Positions 1 through 9,200 of a DNA stretch of 64,000 bases are shown here, piece by piece; positions within the stretch are counted from its first letter, which is position 1, and every line of letters begins with the position of its first letter. The notes below the pieces were generated by a model. The model had not been told where the DNA came from. It saw only the letters and a program-made list of their open reading frames with translations, and ran no database searches. The translations under genes and the position numbers were made by a program. The DNA is from an uncultured Flavobacteriaceae bacterium (GTDB lineage: Bacteria > Pseudomonadota > Alphaproteobacteria > Micropepsales > Micropepsaceae). The DNA lies in contig CAZYGK010000006.1 in the NCBI GenBank assembly GCA_964647355.1, positions 1,215 to 65,214 of the forward strand, read 5' to 3'.

Positions 1-422
1 CGCACCAGCTGGTCGCCGTCGCGCCAATCTTCGACGGCAGAAGCGAGCGCGTCGGCGCGTGCCCGACCGGCACCGCCTGCGACAAACAAAAGTGCAAGCA
101 AATCGGCACTCGCATGATTCAGGTCCACCTTCGCATGCTCGGGCCGCGCCGAAACAACGACACGAAACCCGCCGACAGTCACGACCTCTGGCTTCGCCAG
201 CAGCTCCGGCGCGAATCCCCGCGCGGCAAGCAGCACGTTGATCCCATAGTCGATGCCGCTTTCGACCGCCGCCTGCGCTTGAGCGCGCACCAGTGCGCGC
301 GACGCGCTCGTCGCCGCCGTCCGCGCGGCACCCACGATACCGATCGTAATCATCGACATCACGGCCAGAAAGCCGAGCACGACAACCAGCGCGACACCGC
401 GCTCTTCGCAGTTAGGGCGCAC
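1..422 (-). CDS. gspK: Type II secretion minor pseudopilin GspK (5' part only; gene runs off the left edge)
   Basis: This gene is not in the ORF track because it is truncated by the window edge. Minus-strand translation from GTG at 422 gives VRPNCEERGVALVVVLGFLAVMSMITIG...KVDLNHASADLLALLFVAGGAGRARADALASAVEDWRDGD. That is the GspK-type N-terminal hydrophobic segment plus the conserved '...A.AI.DWRD.D' region. It overlaps the gspD stop by 11 nt. Confidence 0.7.
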   Translation of the reverse strand, partial: MRPNCEERGVALVVVLGFLAVMSMITIGIVGAARTAATSASRALVRAQAQAAVESGIDYGINVLLAARGFAPELLAKPEVVTVGGFRVVVSARPEHAKVDLNHASADLLALLFVAGGAGRARADALASAVEDWRDGDQLV

Positions 423-2541
423 CGCCGCCGCCGCGTGCGCCGCGCGCCGGCGCCAACAGGTCACCCAAGCCGCGGAACCCGTTACGCAGCTCTTCCGTCA
501 TCTCGCGCGCGGCAGCCGGGCTACGCAAGATCCGCGGGCGTAGGAACACGAGCAACTCGGTCCGGTCGTCGTCCCGCGTCGTGGTTCCGAACAACTTCCC
601 GAGCACGGGCACGTCCTTGAGGATCGGAACGCCGCTGTCCGAATAGCTGGTGCTGTCGCGGATCAGCCCGCCAAGCACGATGGAGTCGCCGTCCTGCACG
701 GCAATCGTGTTCGCGATCTTGCGCTGCTGGATCGTCGGCGAGTTGATGTCCGACGTTTCCGTGGTGATCGCGTTGCTCACCTCCTGCCGGACGTCGACGA
801 AAACCGTGCCGCTCTTGCCGATCCGCGGCGTGACCCGCAAAAGGATGCCGGTGTCGCGCAACTGCACGGAATTCACCACCGTCAGATCGGTCGCGTCGCG
901 CACACCCGTCGCCGTCTGCGTGATGATCGGCACCTGATCGCCGACCTGAAGCATGGCCATCTTGTTGTTCAGCGTCATCAGCTTCTGCGAGAAGATGACC
1001 TTGACGTCGGTGACTGCCCCAAGCGCGCTCAACGCCACGTCGACATCGGGCACCGTGTAGCGGAACGCAAACCCCGGAAAGAAGTTGCTGATGGTCCCGC
1101 TCTTGCTCAGTTTGAAGCTGTGATCGGCGTTCTTGAAGAACCACTCGACGCCGTACTTCAAGTCCTCGTTCAGCGTCACCTCGGCGATCGTCGCTTCGAT
1201 CAGCACTTGGTCGGGCGCAATGTCGACCTCGCGCAAGAAGCGTTCCAGCGCCGCATACTCGGTGCCATCGGCACGGATAATGAGCGCGTTGTTGGCCGCA
1301 TCGACTGCAATGTGCGGTCCGGCTGAACTCCCGCGCAGCACGTCAGCGCGGGGCTGAGGCGCAGCCGGCGGCGGGGTTGGCGCCGCTGGCTGTGGGGCGT
1401 CGACCCCAGTTTCAAAACCATCCACGGACGGCTGATCCGGCGCTTCGGGCTCTACATTCGAAAGGTCGACCGCTGCCGCACCGTAGACCGATGCAAGCGA
1501 CCGCCCGACGTCTTCCGCCTTGGCGTTCTGCAGCCGATAGAAATAAATCCGCCGCCCCGGTCCGCGCGGCGGCACGTCGAGGCGCGCCACCCAGCGCGAC
1601 ACGTCTTTCAGCAAGGCTGCATTCGGCGCGGCAATCAGCAACGTATTCACCCGCGTCAACGGCACGAACCGAAGCAGGCTGGCCCCCGGCCCCCGCGTCG
1701 AAACGAACACGCGAGACAGTTCCTGCGCCAACGCCGGTGCATCCACGTGATCCGGCCGCACCAGCGCGTAAGACATCCCGCGCATATAGTCGACGTCGAA
1801 CAACCGGATCGTATCCAGCATCGACGCCCGCTCCTGACTGGTTCCGGAGAGGATCAGCAGGTTGCGCGTGGTGTCGGTGTTCAGAATACCGCCGGTCGGC
1901 GCGATCGGCTCCAGAACCTTCTTCATCTCGGCAGCCGCAATAAACCGCAGCGGCACGATCTCGATCCCGAATCCTGGCATCCGCGCCCGTGCGCTTCCCG
2001 AAATCTCGAAGCCATCGGTGCGCTTCTGCGCTTCGGCCGCAGGAACGATGTTGTACACGTTGTCGGAAAGCACGATCACCGCGCCGCTGACCTTCAACGC
2101 CGTCTCGAGTGCCGCCAAAACGTCCTCGCGACGCATTGGCGCGCTCGTGCGCAGCGTCACGCGGCCTTGCACCTGCGGATCCACTTGGTAAGCGACCTTC
2201 AACACGTCGCCCAACACCGTTCGAACCACGTCGCGCACATCGGCGTCGGCGAAGTCGAGCGTCACGTCGCCGGTCAGCCCGCCAGGACCCTGCCCTCGCA
2301 CCCGCGGCGGAACCGAAACGCCCTCTGCCGGAAAGATCTCCGTCTTAGGTCCTGCTCCCGTGTCCTCGTCGCTGATCACAACGGGCGCCATGCTCGGAGG
2401 AACAACTGTCGTTACAGCGGACGCTTCGGTCTGCGGAGCCTCGATCACGCGGGCCTGAGGCGCACATGCAGCCAGCAACAGCGCCGCACCTGCGCCAACG
2501 ACCGCAGGATGCAACCGCGCATACCAAGCGCGCCGCGACAT
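412..2541 (-). CDS. gspD: Type II secretion secretin GspD, with a lipoprotein-type signal peptide
   Basis: The ORF track gives 412..2556 with a TTG start. I prefer ATG at 2541, which is preceded by GAGGGG. The protein has N0/N1-like repeats (DVRDVVRTVLGDVLKVAYQVDP, RFIAAAEMKKVLEPI, YRLQNAKAEDV) and a C-terminal secretin core (GVPILKDVPVLGKLFG...RTELLVFLRPRIL). The signal peptide ends in the lipobox LLAA|C. Confidence 0.9.
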   Translation of the reverse strand: MSRRAWYARLHPAVVGAGAALLLAACAPQARVIEAPQTEASAVTTVVPPSMAPVVISDEDTGAGPKTEIFPAEGVSVPPRVRGQGPGGLTGDVTLDFADADVRDVVRTVLGDVLKVAYQVDPQVQGRVTLRTSAPMRREDVLAALETALKVSGAVIVLSDNVYNIVPAAEAQKRTDGFEISGSARARMPGFGIEIVPLRFIAAAEMKKVLEPIAPTGGILNTDTTRNLLILSGTSQERASMLDTIRLFDVDYMRGMSYALVRPDHVDAPALAQELSRVFVSTRGPGASLLRFVPLTRVNTLLIAAPNAALLKDVSRWVARLDVPPRGPGRRIYFYRLQNAKAEDVGRSLASVYGAAAVDLSNVEPEAPDQPSVDGFETGVDAPQPAAPTPPPAAPQPRADVLRGSSAGPHIAVDAANNALIIRADGTEYAALERFLREVDIAPDQVLIEATIAEVTLNEDLKYGVEWFFKNADHSFKLSKSGTISNFFPGFAFRYTVPDVDVALSALGAVTDVKVIFSQKLMTLNNKMAMLQVGDQVPIITQTATGVRDATDLTVVNSVQLRDTGILLRVTPRIGKSGTVFVDVRQEVSNAITTETSDINSPTIQQRKIANTIAVQDGDSIVLGGLIRDSTSYSDSGVPILKDVPVLGKLFGTTTRDDDRTELLVFLRPRILRSPAAAREMTEELRNGFRGLGDLLAPARGARGGGGAP

Positions 2542-2694
2542 CAACCGACCCCTCAAAGTTCCCGGTCCCCGAAAGCGGACGAATCGAAGTCCGCTCTTCG
2601 GCTATGCTGGCCACTCAAGGTTGTTACACGCAAGCGAGGACAATTAATGGGTGCGGGCCGCACCGCTCCGAATAACGCCACCGATCCAAGGCGA

Positions 2695-3195
2695 TCACGT
2701 GCGCGGCCGCGCCTTCGCGATACCGATCCGGATTGATTGCGCGTCCTTGCTTGCCACAATGCCCGCCGCGTCGATCCGGTCGATACGCCATCCCGCGAGA
2801 CGATCGCCCGGCGCCAGTTTCAGGGACGGTGCCCCGCTCCGCTCGACAATGGCGCGCTGTGTCGTTCGATCGGCAACGATTCCAACCACGCGATACTCGG
2901 AAAGCTCTCCCTGCGCCGCGCCGGCCGGCGGTAGTGCGCCCATGACGGCCCCCGAGGCGGGATCAGGCTTGCGCCCTGCGTTGAAAAGTGGCCGCGCCCG
3001 GATCTCCGCAAACGCCGATGCCGGCGGCATTTCCCGCAAGGACAGCGTTGGCGGTTGACGAATCTCGATGCGCGGCGCGGTGTCGAACAATCCGAACAGC
3101 CCGAAGGGCGACGGCAAGAACGCCGCCAACAGCACGGCCACGCCACCGCCGATCGCAACATAGAGCCACCGCGTCAAGGATTGTCCGCCGGTCAT
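2695..3195 (-). CDS. T2SS inner-membrane component, GspC/GspN-like (one TM segment plus an HR/PilP-like beta domain)
   Basis: The ORF track gives 2695..3288. The internal ATG at 3195 forms an ATGA overlap with the stop of the upstream gene. The protein has one N-terminal TM segment (WLYVAIGGGVAVLLAAFL). Its C-terminal segment, YRVVGIVADRTTQRAIVERSG..LKLAPGDRLAGWRIDRIDAAGIV, resembles the secretin-interacting HR domain. The assignment rests on architecture and context only. Confidence 0.5.
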   Translation of the reverse strand: MTGGQSLTRWLYVAIGGGVAVLLAAFLPSPFGLFGLFDTAPRIEIRQPPTLSLREMPPASAFAEIRARPLFNAGRKPDPASGAVMGALPPAGAAQGELSEYRVVGIVADRTTQRAIVERSGAPSLKLAPGDRLAGWRIDRIDAAGIVASKDAQSIRIGIAKARPRT

Positions 3196-3782
3196 GATCC
3201 CTGCCTCGTGCTCGCCGAAATCACGATGTCGACGATCAACTTGTTCGGCACGTTCGGCTGAGGTCCGACAGGCACAGCGGCCGCCCATTCTGCATCCGGC
3301 TCCCGCACCGACATCTTCTCGACTTTCAACAGTGGCCGCGCCGCGCCGATCGCATGCAGTGCGGCAACGAGCGCCCCTACATCAGCCTCGACGGTTGCTT
3401 GCACCGCAACTTCACCACCGGATCCACCGGGCCATTCGGCGATCGTCTCTCCGGTCGCCACCGTCGCGCCCGCGCTCGCAAAGATCCGGTTCACCGACGC
3501 TTGTAATTCGGCCACGCTGACGCTCGCCACGCCCTCGAACGCCAGTGCACGCAGCTCGGGATTCGCACTTAGACGCTGCGCCGCAGCCGCTATCCGCGGC
3601 TCCGCTTCGACCAACGCCTGAAGCCGCGCCGCCTGACCGCGCAGCATTGCAAGGCGCTCCTCGTGTCGCGATGCCGCCTCCCAAAGCGGCGCACCCACGA
3701 AGAGCCAAAGCGCAGTCGCGACGAGGACTAAGAACCCCACTGCCAACCAACGCTGCTGCATCCCGGAGAGAGTCAATCTCAT
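3192..3782 (-). CDS. gspM: T2SS protein GspM-like
   Basis: The protein is 196 aa with an N-terminal TM segment (WLAVGFLVLVATALWLFV) followed by a periplasmic domain. It sits directly after the gspL-like gene with ATGA overlaps on both sides. The call is based on size, topology and position. Confidence 0.55.
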   Translation of the reverse strand: MRLTLSGMQQRWLAVGFLVLVATALWLFVGAPLWEAASRHEERLAMLRGQAARLQALVEAEPRIAAAAQRLSANPELRALAFEGVASVSVAELQASVNRIFASAGATVATGETIAEWPGGSGGEVAVQATVEADVGALVAALHAIGAARPLLKVEKMSVREPDAEWAAAVPVGPQPNVPNKLIVDIVISASTRQGS

Positions 3783-4891
3783 GGCGCCGTTCTCTCAAGA
3801 CGCATCCCGATCTCGAACCGTTCGACACCGGTTTCGCTCTTGCGCACGACCGGCGAAGCAAACTTCACGTCGCTGAACGACTTTGATCTCTCCAGCAGTC
3901 CGATCAAATCCGCTGCATTGCCGGCAAGCCCTGACAGCGCGACGACGTCGCCCTCAAGCCTTAGATCGAGCACGCGCACGCTGTCGGGCAAAACGCGCGT
4001 CAGCTCCAAAAGCATGTTGAGCACCGCTGCGGGATCATGTGCATTCGCGCGCGCGACGGGCGCCGTCAGACCCTCAATCTGCTGCCGCATCGCCGCACTG
4101 CGCTCCGCCTGTGGCCGCAAAGCCGTGATGCGGCCCTCCCACCGTTCGATCTCGCCCTGCCCGGACTCGCCCCAAGCATAAATCGCCAGCGTCCACACCA
4201 CGGCAGCGACGAACGCCAAGCCGAGCTTCAGCGTGCGGCTGCGCCGCGAATCCTCCGCGCTTGGCGGCTCGCTCAGGTCGAAGCCCAGTCCTCCGCCGTC
4301 CTCGCCTTCGACATCGACAGCCGATGCCGACAGACCGATCGCCCGCAAGCGTTGCTCGATCGGCCGCACGCGCAGCAGCGGCACGATGGCGACATCGACG
4401 TTGCTGACGCCCTTTTCATGGTCGTAGCCCGCGACGCGAACGGCCGTTCGCACCGCATCAGCCTTGAACGGCGACAGCCGGTCGACCTGTAGCTCGACCG
4501 CTTGGCGCATATGGGCCGCCGACATTTGCGGCAACTCCACCCGCCGCACAATGACATGCTCGCGCGGAAGCAGAATCGTGAGCCGCGACAACGGCGCGCC
4601 GTCTGCAAGCTGGAGCATTTGGTCGGCCAGCGCCCCGTCGCTCAAGTGTGTGTCCAGCGGAGCCGCGGCCGCCTCTGCAGTCGCGCGCAGGAACCAGCGA
4701 TCCGGGCGTACGTAGAGCGTCGCTTGCCGCTTTGCCGGCGACGCCGCGCCCCGCCAAGGGATCAGGTCGAGAAGCGCCTCCCCCCACCACACGAAGAAGC
4801 GCCCGGCCAAAGCCGGTACATCGCCAAGCCGCGGAACGCCTAAGTCGACGGTCACCGGATCACGCATGGGGACACCCGAACGTGTCGGCAT
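3779..4891 (-). CDS. gspL: T2SS protein GspL-like (cytoplasmic actin-like domain, TM segment, PilN-like periplasmic domain)
   Basis: The protein is 370 aa with a central TM segment (LKLGLAFVAAVVWTLAIYAW). The C-terminal part (LLELTRVLPDSVRVLDLRLEGDVVALSGLAGNAADLIGLLE) is PilN/GspL-like. An alternative ATG at 4867 would reduce the overlap with gspJ to 8 nt. Confidence 0.6.
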   Translation of the reverse strand: MPTRSGVPMRDPVTVDLGVPRLGDVPALAGRFFVWWGEALLDLIPWRGAASPAKRQATLYVRPDRWFLRATAEAAAAPLDTHLSDGALADQMLQLADGAPLSRLTILLPREHVIVRRVELPQMSAAHMRQAVELQVDRLSPFKADAVRTAVRVAGYDHEKGVSNVDVAIVPLLRVRPIEQRLRAIGLSASAVDVEGEDGGGLGFDLSEPPSAEDSRRSRTLKLGLAFVAAVVWTLAIYAWGESGQGEIERWEGRITALRPQAERSAAMRQQIEGLTAPVARANAHDPAAVLNMLLELTRVLPDSVRVLDLRLEGDVVALSGLAGNAADLIGLLERSKSFSDVKFASPVVRKSETGVERFEIGMRLERTAP

Positions 4892-5492
4892 TGTACAAAC
4901 ACGAGGGGTCTTGCGTAATCCGCGTGCGCACCATGAACAGCGGCCAAGATCGCCCCGCCCCTTCGGGATACGTAACCCGGATCGTCACCAACGCCGGTGC
5001 GCCCGATCGATCCTGCCACGCATCGGTCCATACGACGGCACCCCCCTGGTCGCGCACGCCGTAGGCAATCGCGATCGACTCTGCGCCGCTGACCAATGTC
5101 TGACTGCGCGTTTCGCCGCCCTTGTTCGCACTTTGCCAGGTGAGCACCAGCCGCCGCACACCTTGCTCGCCATCGACGCGCAAATCGAACCGCGTCAAAC
5201 CCTCTGCACCAAAAGCGGACGGCGCGCTCGCTGTAAACGCCAGTGCGCTCGCGCTACCGCGAAACAGGTCGAGATCCACCGCAAACGACGGATCGAGCTC
5301 CCGCGGCATCGCGCGCTGCAACAACGTGCGAAGGAGGTTCTGCGCGCCCTGCACGCGCTCGATCGCTTCGACTTTCGCCTCGCTCGCCTCCCAAGCCCGC
5401 GCCCCGAACTGCACGCCGCTCGATGTCGCGATGGCGATAAAGCCGAGCAAGGCCAGCGCGATGACGAGTTCGAGCAACGAGTAGCCGCTCAT
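4860..5492 (-). CDS. gspJ: T2SS minor pseudopilin, GspJ-like
   Basis: The N-terminus MSG|YSLLELVIALALLGFIAI carries a prepilin-type cleavage/methylation motif (G-1, E+5). At 210 aa it follows gspI with an ATGA overlap. Confidence 0.6.
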   Translation of the reverse strand: MSGYSLLELVIALALLGFIAIATSSGVQFGARAWEASEAKVEAIERVQGAQNLLRTLLQRAMPRELDPSFAVDLDLFRGSASALAFTASAPSAFGAEGLTRFDLRVDGEQGVRRLVLTWQSANKGGETRSQTLVSGAESIAIAYGVRDQGGAVVWTDAWQDRSGAPALVTIRVTYPEGAGRSWPLFMVRTRITQDPSCLYNADTFGCPHA

Positions 5493-5848
5493 CGCGACAC
5501 CTCCTCGTCGACGAGCAACAAGCGCTCGATCGCAACGCCCTTGCCCCCGCCGGGCCAGCTAACGGTGAGCTTGAGCGTCACGAGTTCCGCCGCCCGCTTC
5601 ACCTCATCGACCCGCCACGCGAACCTTGTTCCCTCGACCCGGCCCGCGCGGATCTCGCCGACACGCTGGCTCGCGACGATCCCGTCCAAGAGCGACTGCG
5701 CGACCAACACGGCTTCTTCCGCTTCGGCCGCGCGGCCGAAAGTGCGGAACCCCGTGCCGATCGCCTCATAGAGCGCAACCACCGTGATCGCGAGCACTGC
5801 GAGCGCGACCAAACTCTCCATGATCGTAAACCCACGCTCGCCGGTCAT
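5489..5848 (-). CDS. gspI: T2SS minor pseudopilin, GspI-like
   Basis: The N-terminus MTGERG|FTIMESLVALAVLAITVVAL carries a prepilin motif. The 119-aa size is typical of GspI. ATGA overlaps occur at both ends. Confidence 0.65.
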   Translation of the reverse strand: MTGERGFTIMESLVALAVLAITVVALYEAIGTGFRTFGRAAEAEEAVLVAQSLLDGIVASQRVGEIRAGRVEGTRFAWRVDEVKRAAELVTLKLTVSWPGGGKGVAIERLLLVDEEVSR

Positions 5849-6252
5849 CGCTCGCCTCCGCCCAATCGGCCGGTCAGCGGATCGGCCGTGACCGTGACTT
5901 GGCGCGATCCGCGCGCGAGCGTGAGCGTACCCCGGATCGTGCCGTCCCAGGCGATGACGACGCCTTGCGCGGGTTCCGCCCGTACCGCTGTACCCGGCGA
6001 CAACGCCACCACCTCGCCGTTCGAAACGCCAAGCTCGCTTGCCGCCCCGCCCCGCACGCTCACCGCAATGTCGATCTGCCGATCCAGAGCCTCTTCCCGC
6101 AAACGCCGCAGGGCGGTCATCACGGTGCGCGCATCCGCGCTCAGCGTCATGCGATCGACCGATGCCTGAACCGCGGGCGTCGCAACGACCACGATAACGG
6201 CCATGATCGCCAGAGCGACAAGCAGTTCCATGAGCGAATAACCGCGCATCAT
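5845..6252 (-). CDS. gspH: T2SS minor pseudopilin, GspH-like
   Basis: The ORF track gives 5845..6843, but the upstream 197 codons lie inside gspF in another frame. The real start is ATG at 6252, in an ATGA overlap with the gspF stop. The N-terminus MMRG|YSLMELLVALAIMAVIVVVATP is followed by SADARTVMTALRRLREEA, which is GspH/FimT-like. Confidence 0.65.
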   Translation of the reverse strand: MMRGYSLMELLVALAIMAVIVVVATPAVQASVDRMTLSADARTVMTALRRLREEALDRQIDIAVSVRGGAASELGVSNGEVVALSPGTAVRAEPAQGVVIAWDGTIRGTLTLARGSRQVTVTADPLTGRLGGGER

Positions 6253-7463
6253 AGCGCCAACTCGTTCGCGGCCATGATACCGCTCACGACCCCGCCCATG
6301 ATTGCCGCCACCACGAGCCCGAGCACGATCGTCACCGCCGGCAGCAGCAACGCCGACAGCCGATCGAGCTTTGTCTGCACGTCGCGATCCAAGATGTCGG
6401 CCGCCTGATCGAGCATCGGCGCGAGCCGCCCCGTCTCTTCGCCAACACCGGCGAACTCGAGCAAAATGCACGGCAGCGCGCCGCTCGCCTCCAACGCCGT
6501 CTTCATCGGCTTGCCCTGGCGCACCAGTTCGATCGCCCCCGACAATGTCTGCTTGAGATGCACGTTGCCGACCGCGGCTTGCGCGGTCTCCAAGGCGCGG
6601 TTGAGCGGCATGCCGCCTGTCAGCAGCATCGCCACGTTGCGCGCGAACTGCGCCGCATGCATCCCGCGCGGGATATCGAAGAAGAGCCGCGACTTGAGCG
6701 ACCAGCGCTCGAACGCCACCCGCGCCGCCGGCTGGCGCAGCGCATAAAGCAAACCCAAAAGCGCCGCGGCCGCAACGATCGCCGTGAGCGTGCCGTAACC
6801 GTTCAGAAACTGCGAGATCGCAAGCAACACGGCGGCAGGCCACGGCAACGCATCCCCGCTCTGCGCGAACAGCGGCGCCAAGCGCGGCACGACCGTCGTG
6901 AATATGATCGTCAGCACAATGAGCATCACGACGACCAAAAGCGCCGGATAGATCATCGCCGATACCGCCCGATCGCTGAGCTCCTTGTTGCGCGTCTCGG
7001 CCGCGGCAAGCCGTGTCATGACATCACCCAAGCGGCCGCTCGCCTCGCCCGCCGCCACAAGCTTGCGCATCGGCTCCGGAAAAAGCGCATCCGCCCGCCG
7101 CATCGCGGCCGACAATGGCTCGCCCGCCCGCAAGCCCCCAAGCAGCGACTGCACCGCGGCCTTGCTGCGGGCGCGCGACGTCAATCCTTGGAGCGCCGTC
7201 AACGCCCGCTCGACACTGAGCCCCGCCTGCAGCAGCGTGCCGAACTCCCGCAGCAACGCCAGCCGCTCGCCAGCCATTCCAAACGCGGGCAAGACGCGCG
7301 CCGGTTCCACGACTGCCGTCGAACCGTCGTGCTCGACAAGGCGCACGGGCGTCCGGCCCGAGGCGAGGATACGCTCGACGGCCGCGCTCCGGCTCGGCGC
7401 CTCGATCACACCGCGCCCGATCGCGCCGTCAGGACCAGCAGCCTCATACGCAAAACTGGGCAC
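6249..7463 (-). CDS. gspF: T2SS inner-membrane platform protein GspF
   Basis: The protein is 404 aa and starts VPSFAYEAAG (GTG start with GGAG upstream). It has two T2SSF-type repeats and three TM segments, in the typical GspF/PilC layout. Confidence 0.9.
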   Translation of the reverse strand: MPSFAYEAAGPDGAIGRGVIEAPSRSAAVERILASGRTPVRLVEHDGSTAVVEPARVLPAFGMAGERLALLREFGTLLQAGLSVERALTALQGLTSRARSKAAVQSLLGGLRAGEPLSAAMRRADALFPEPMRKLVAAGEASGRLGDVMTRLAAAETRNKELSDRAVSAMIYPALLVVVMLIVLTIIFTTVVPRLAPLFAQSGDALPWPAAVLLAISQFLNGYGTLTAIVAAAALLGLLYALRQPAARVAFERWSLKSRLFFDIPRGMHAAQFARNVAMLLTGGMPLNRALETAQAAVGNVHLKQTLSGAIELVRQGKPMKTALEASGALPCILLEFAGVGEETGRLAPMLDQAADILDRDVQTKLDRLSALLLPAVTIVLGLVVAAIMGGVVSGIMAANELAL

Positions 7464-7507
7464 GACACTCCATCCCGCCGCTTCGGTCGAGTTGTCGGCC
7501 TCCGCCG

Positions 7508-8140
7508 TTAATTCTTCCTTACCGGCGTCCGGCCGATCAGGCTTTCCAAGCGCTTGACCATTACGTCCTGCGGCGTCCCGTAAGCGATCGTGTCCACGAC
7601 CGCGCCCTTCGCGTTGATCAAGAACACCGCCGCCGTGTGATCGAGCGTGTAGTCGCCGCCGTCGAGCGCCACCCGCTCGCGCACCACCTCAAAGGCTTTC
7701 GCGACGCGCTCAATATCGCCCATCGGCCCTGTGAACGCACGAACGCGCGTGCCAAAGCTCGAGAAGTAGGACTTCATCGCCTCCGGCGTATCCCGCTCGG
7801 GATCGAGCGAAACGAACACCACCTGCACCGCATCGCCGCGCTTACCGATCTTCGCCAAAGCGGCGTCCAATTCCCACACAGTGACCGGACAGATCACCGG
7901 GCACTTCGTGAACCCGAAGAACACCGCAAGCGGCCGCCCGGCGAGCTTTTTCCAGGCAACCGCGGCACCTGCCTGATCCGTCAGAACGACGTCGCCGATG
8001 CCGCGTCCAAGTTTTACAAGCCCGTCCGCCACAACCGGCGCCGAAACCGACTCGGCCGATGCTGGCCCAGCGGCCACACCTGAAATGGCCAGCACCAAAA
8101 GCGCCAGCGAAACAACTACCTGCACGACGACGTTACGCAT
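7508..8140 (-). CDS. SCO1/SenC family copper chaperone (thioredoxin fold)
   Basis: The protein has a signal/anchor peptide, the CxxxC motif in FGFTKCPVICP, and the downstream DHT histidine. The 210-aa size fits the family. Confidence 0.85.
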   Translation of the reverse strand: MRNVVVQVVVSLALLVLAISGVAAGPASAESVSAPVVADGLVKLGRGIGDVVLTDQAGAAVAWKKLAGRPLAVFFGFTKCPVICPVTVWELDAALAKIGKRGDAVQVVFVSLDPERDTPEAMKSYFSSFGTRVRAFTGPMGDIERVAKAFEVVRERVALDGGDYTLDHTAAVFLINAKGAVVDTIAYGTPQDVMVKRLESLIGRTPVRKN

Positions 8141-8291
8141 TCGCTCTCACCACCAGCTTGGCCGAAGCACCGTTGAGGCCAACCCGCCAAAGCCCGGTTA
8201 TCTTGACACCCCATACTAGCTGCCGCGTCCTGGTTTTGGAACGCAGGCTTGATTCGGCCCGCGTCCGGGGAAAAAGAACAACGGGGGACGT

Positions 8292-9065
8292 ATGTACGAC
8301 GTTCGGAGCCGGCTCGCCGCAGCCGCACTTGCCGCCACATTTTTGACCGCGCCCGCCCTGGCCGACCGCCTCAGCTTCTCGGGCGGCGCTGAATACTCCG
8401 TCGGCGACTACGGCGATCCGGAAGACACGACCGTCTGGTACGAATACGTCTCCGCCCGCTACTCGATGTCGCCTTGGGCGTTCAAGGTGACCCTGCCCTT
8501 CCTGCAGATCGACGGCCCGGCGACGGTCACCGACGACGGCGAAGTCGAAGGCGGCGGGGCGACCCGCATGGTTTCCGGCATCGGCGACGTCTCGCTGTCC
8601 TCGACCTACACGTTCTCCTGGAAGCCCGAAAAGCTCTACCTCGACCTCACCGGACGCGTCCGCCTGCCGACGGGCGACGAGGACCGCGGCCTGGGCAGCG
8701 GCGAGGTCGACTACGCCCTAATCGCGACGCTCGACAAGACGTTTGAAGGCTTCGGCGTCAACGTGAAGGGCGGCCGCCGCTTCCTCGGCGACTCCGCCGG
8801 CCGCAACCGACAAGACGGCTGGCTCGCCGGCGTCGGCTTCTCCGTCGATCTCAGCAAGGAGACCGAAATCGGCACCTCGCTCGACTGGCGCGAAGCAGCC
8901 TTCGACACCAACCCCGACCCGGCCGACGTCGACATCTACATCCGCCACAGCCTAACGAAGGACCTGCGCCTTAACGTCTATGCGCTGGCAGGCCTCTCCG
9001 ACGGCAGCCCGAACTTCGGCAGCGGCTTCTCGCTAACCTGGACCGCCTACCGCAGCGAGGACTGA
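8292..9065 (+). CDS. Outer-membrane beta-barrel protein ('MetA-pathway of phenol degradation'-like transporter family)
   Basis: The signal peptide is ...LTAPALA|D. The sequence shows alternating beta-strand patterning, a GIGD motif (MVSGIGDVSL), and an aromatic residue near the C-terminus. The family call is from memory of that motif. Confidence 0.5.
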   Translation: MYDVRSRLAAAALAATFLTAPALADRLSFSGGAEYSVGDYGDPEDTTVWYEYVSARYSMSPWAFKVTLPFLQIDGPATVTDDGEVEGGGATRMVSGIGDVSLSSTYTFSWKPEKLYLDLTGRVRLPTGDEDRGLGSGEVDYALIATLDKTFEGFGVNVKGGRRFLGDSAGRNRQDGWLAGVGFSVDLSKETEIGTSLDWREAAFDTNPDPADVDIYIRHSLTKDLRLNVYALAGLSDGSPNFGSGFSLTWTAYRSED

Positions 9066-9200
9066 CGCCGCAGCTGGCATAGGCGCAACCCGCGGCGCCG
9101 TCTGCAACAAACGCGCGCCTTGGGTCGGGGCGCGCGCACCGCTAAGCTCCCCACGCCGCGCCGCCAACCGACACCAACCTGCGCGGGCTCGGAGACAGCC

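Noticed and set aside
114-620. Plus-strand ORFs at the left edge (59..241, 114..620).
   Set aside because: They are antisense to the gspK 5' region and the gspD 3' end, both of which have clear family signatures. Their translations are Arg-rich with no domain features.
5845-6843. A 332-aa ORF extending the gspH-like gene about 600 nt into gspF.
   Set aside because: The extension is an Arg/Gly/Ala-rich out-of-frame reading of gspF. The prepilin motif and the ATGA junction at 6249-6252 define the true start.
7464-8291. A search for a Pho box upstream of the T2SS cluster, by analogy with the Pho-regulated Hxc system.
   Set aside because: Only an isolated half-site-like GTGTCAA is present near 8200 on the minus strand. 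There is no pair of heptamers at 11-bp phasing in 7464-7507, 8141-8291 or 2542-2694. I therefore make no Pho-regulation claim.
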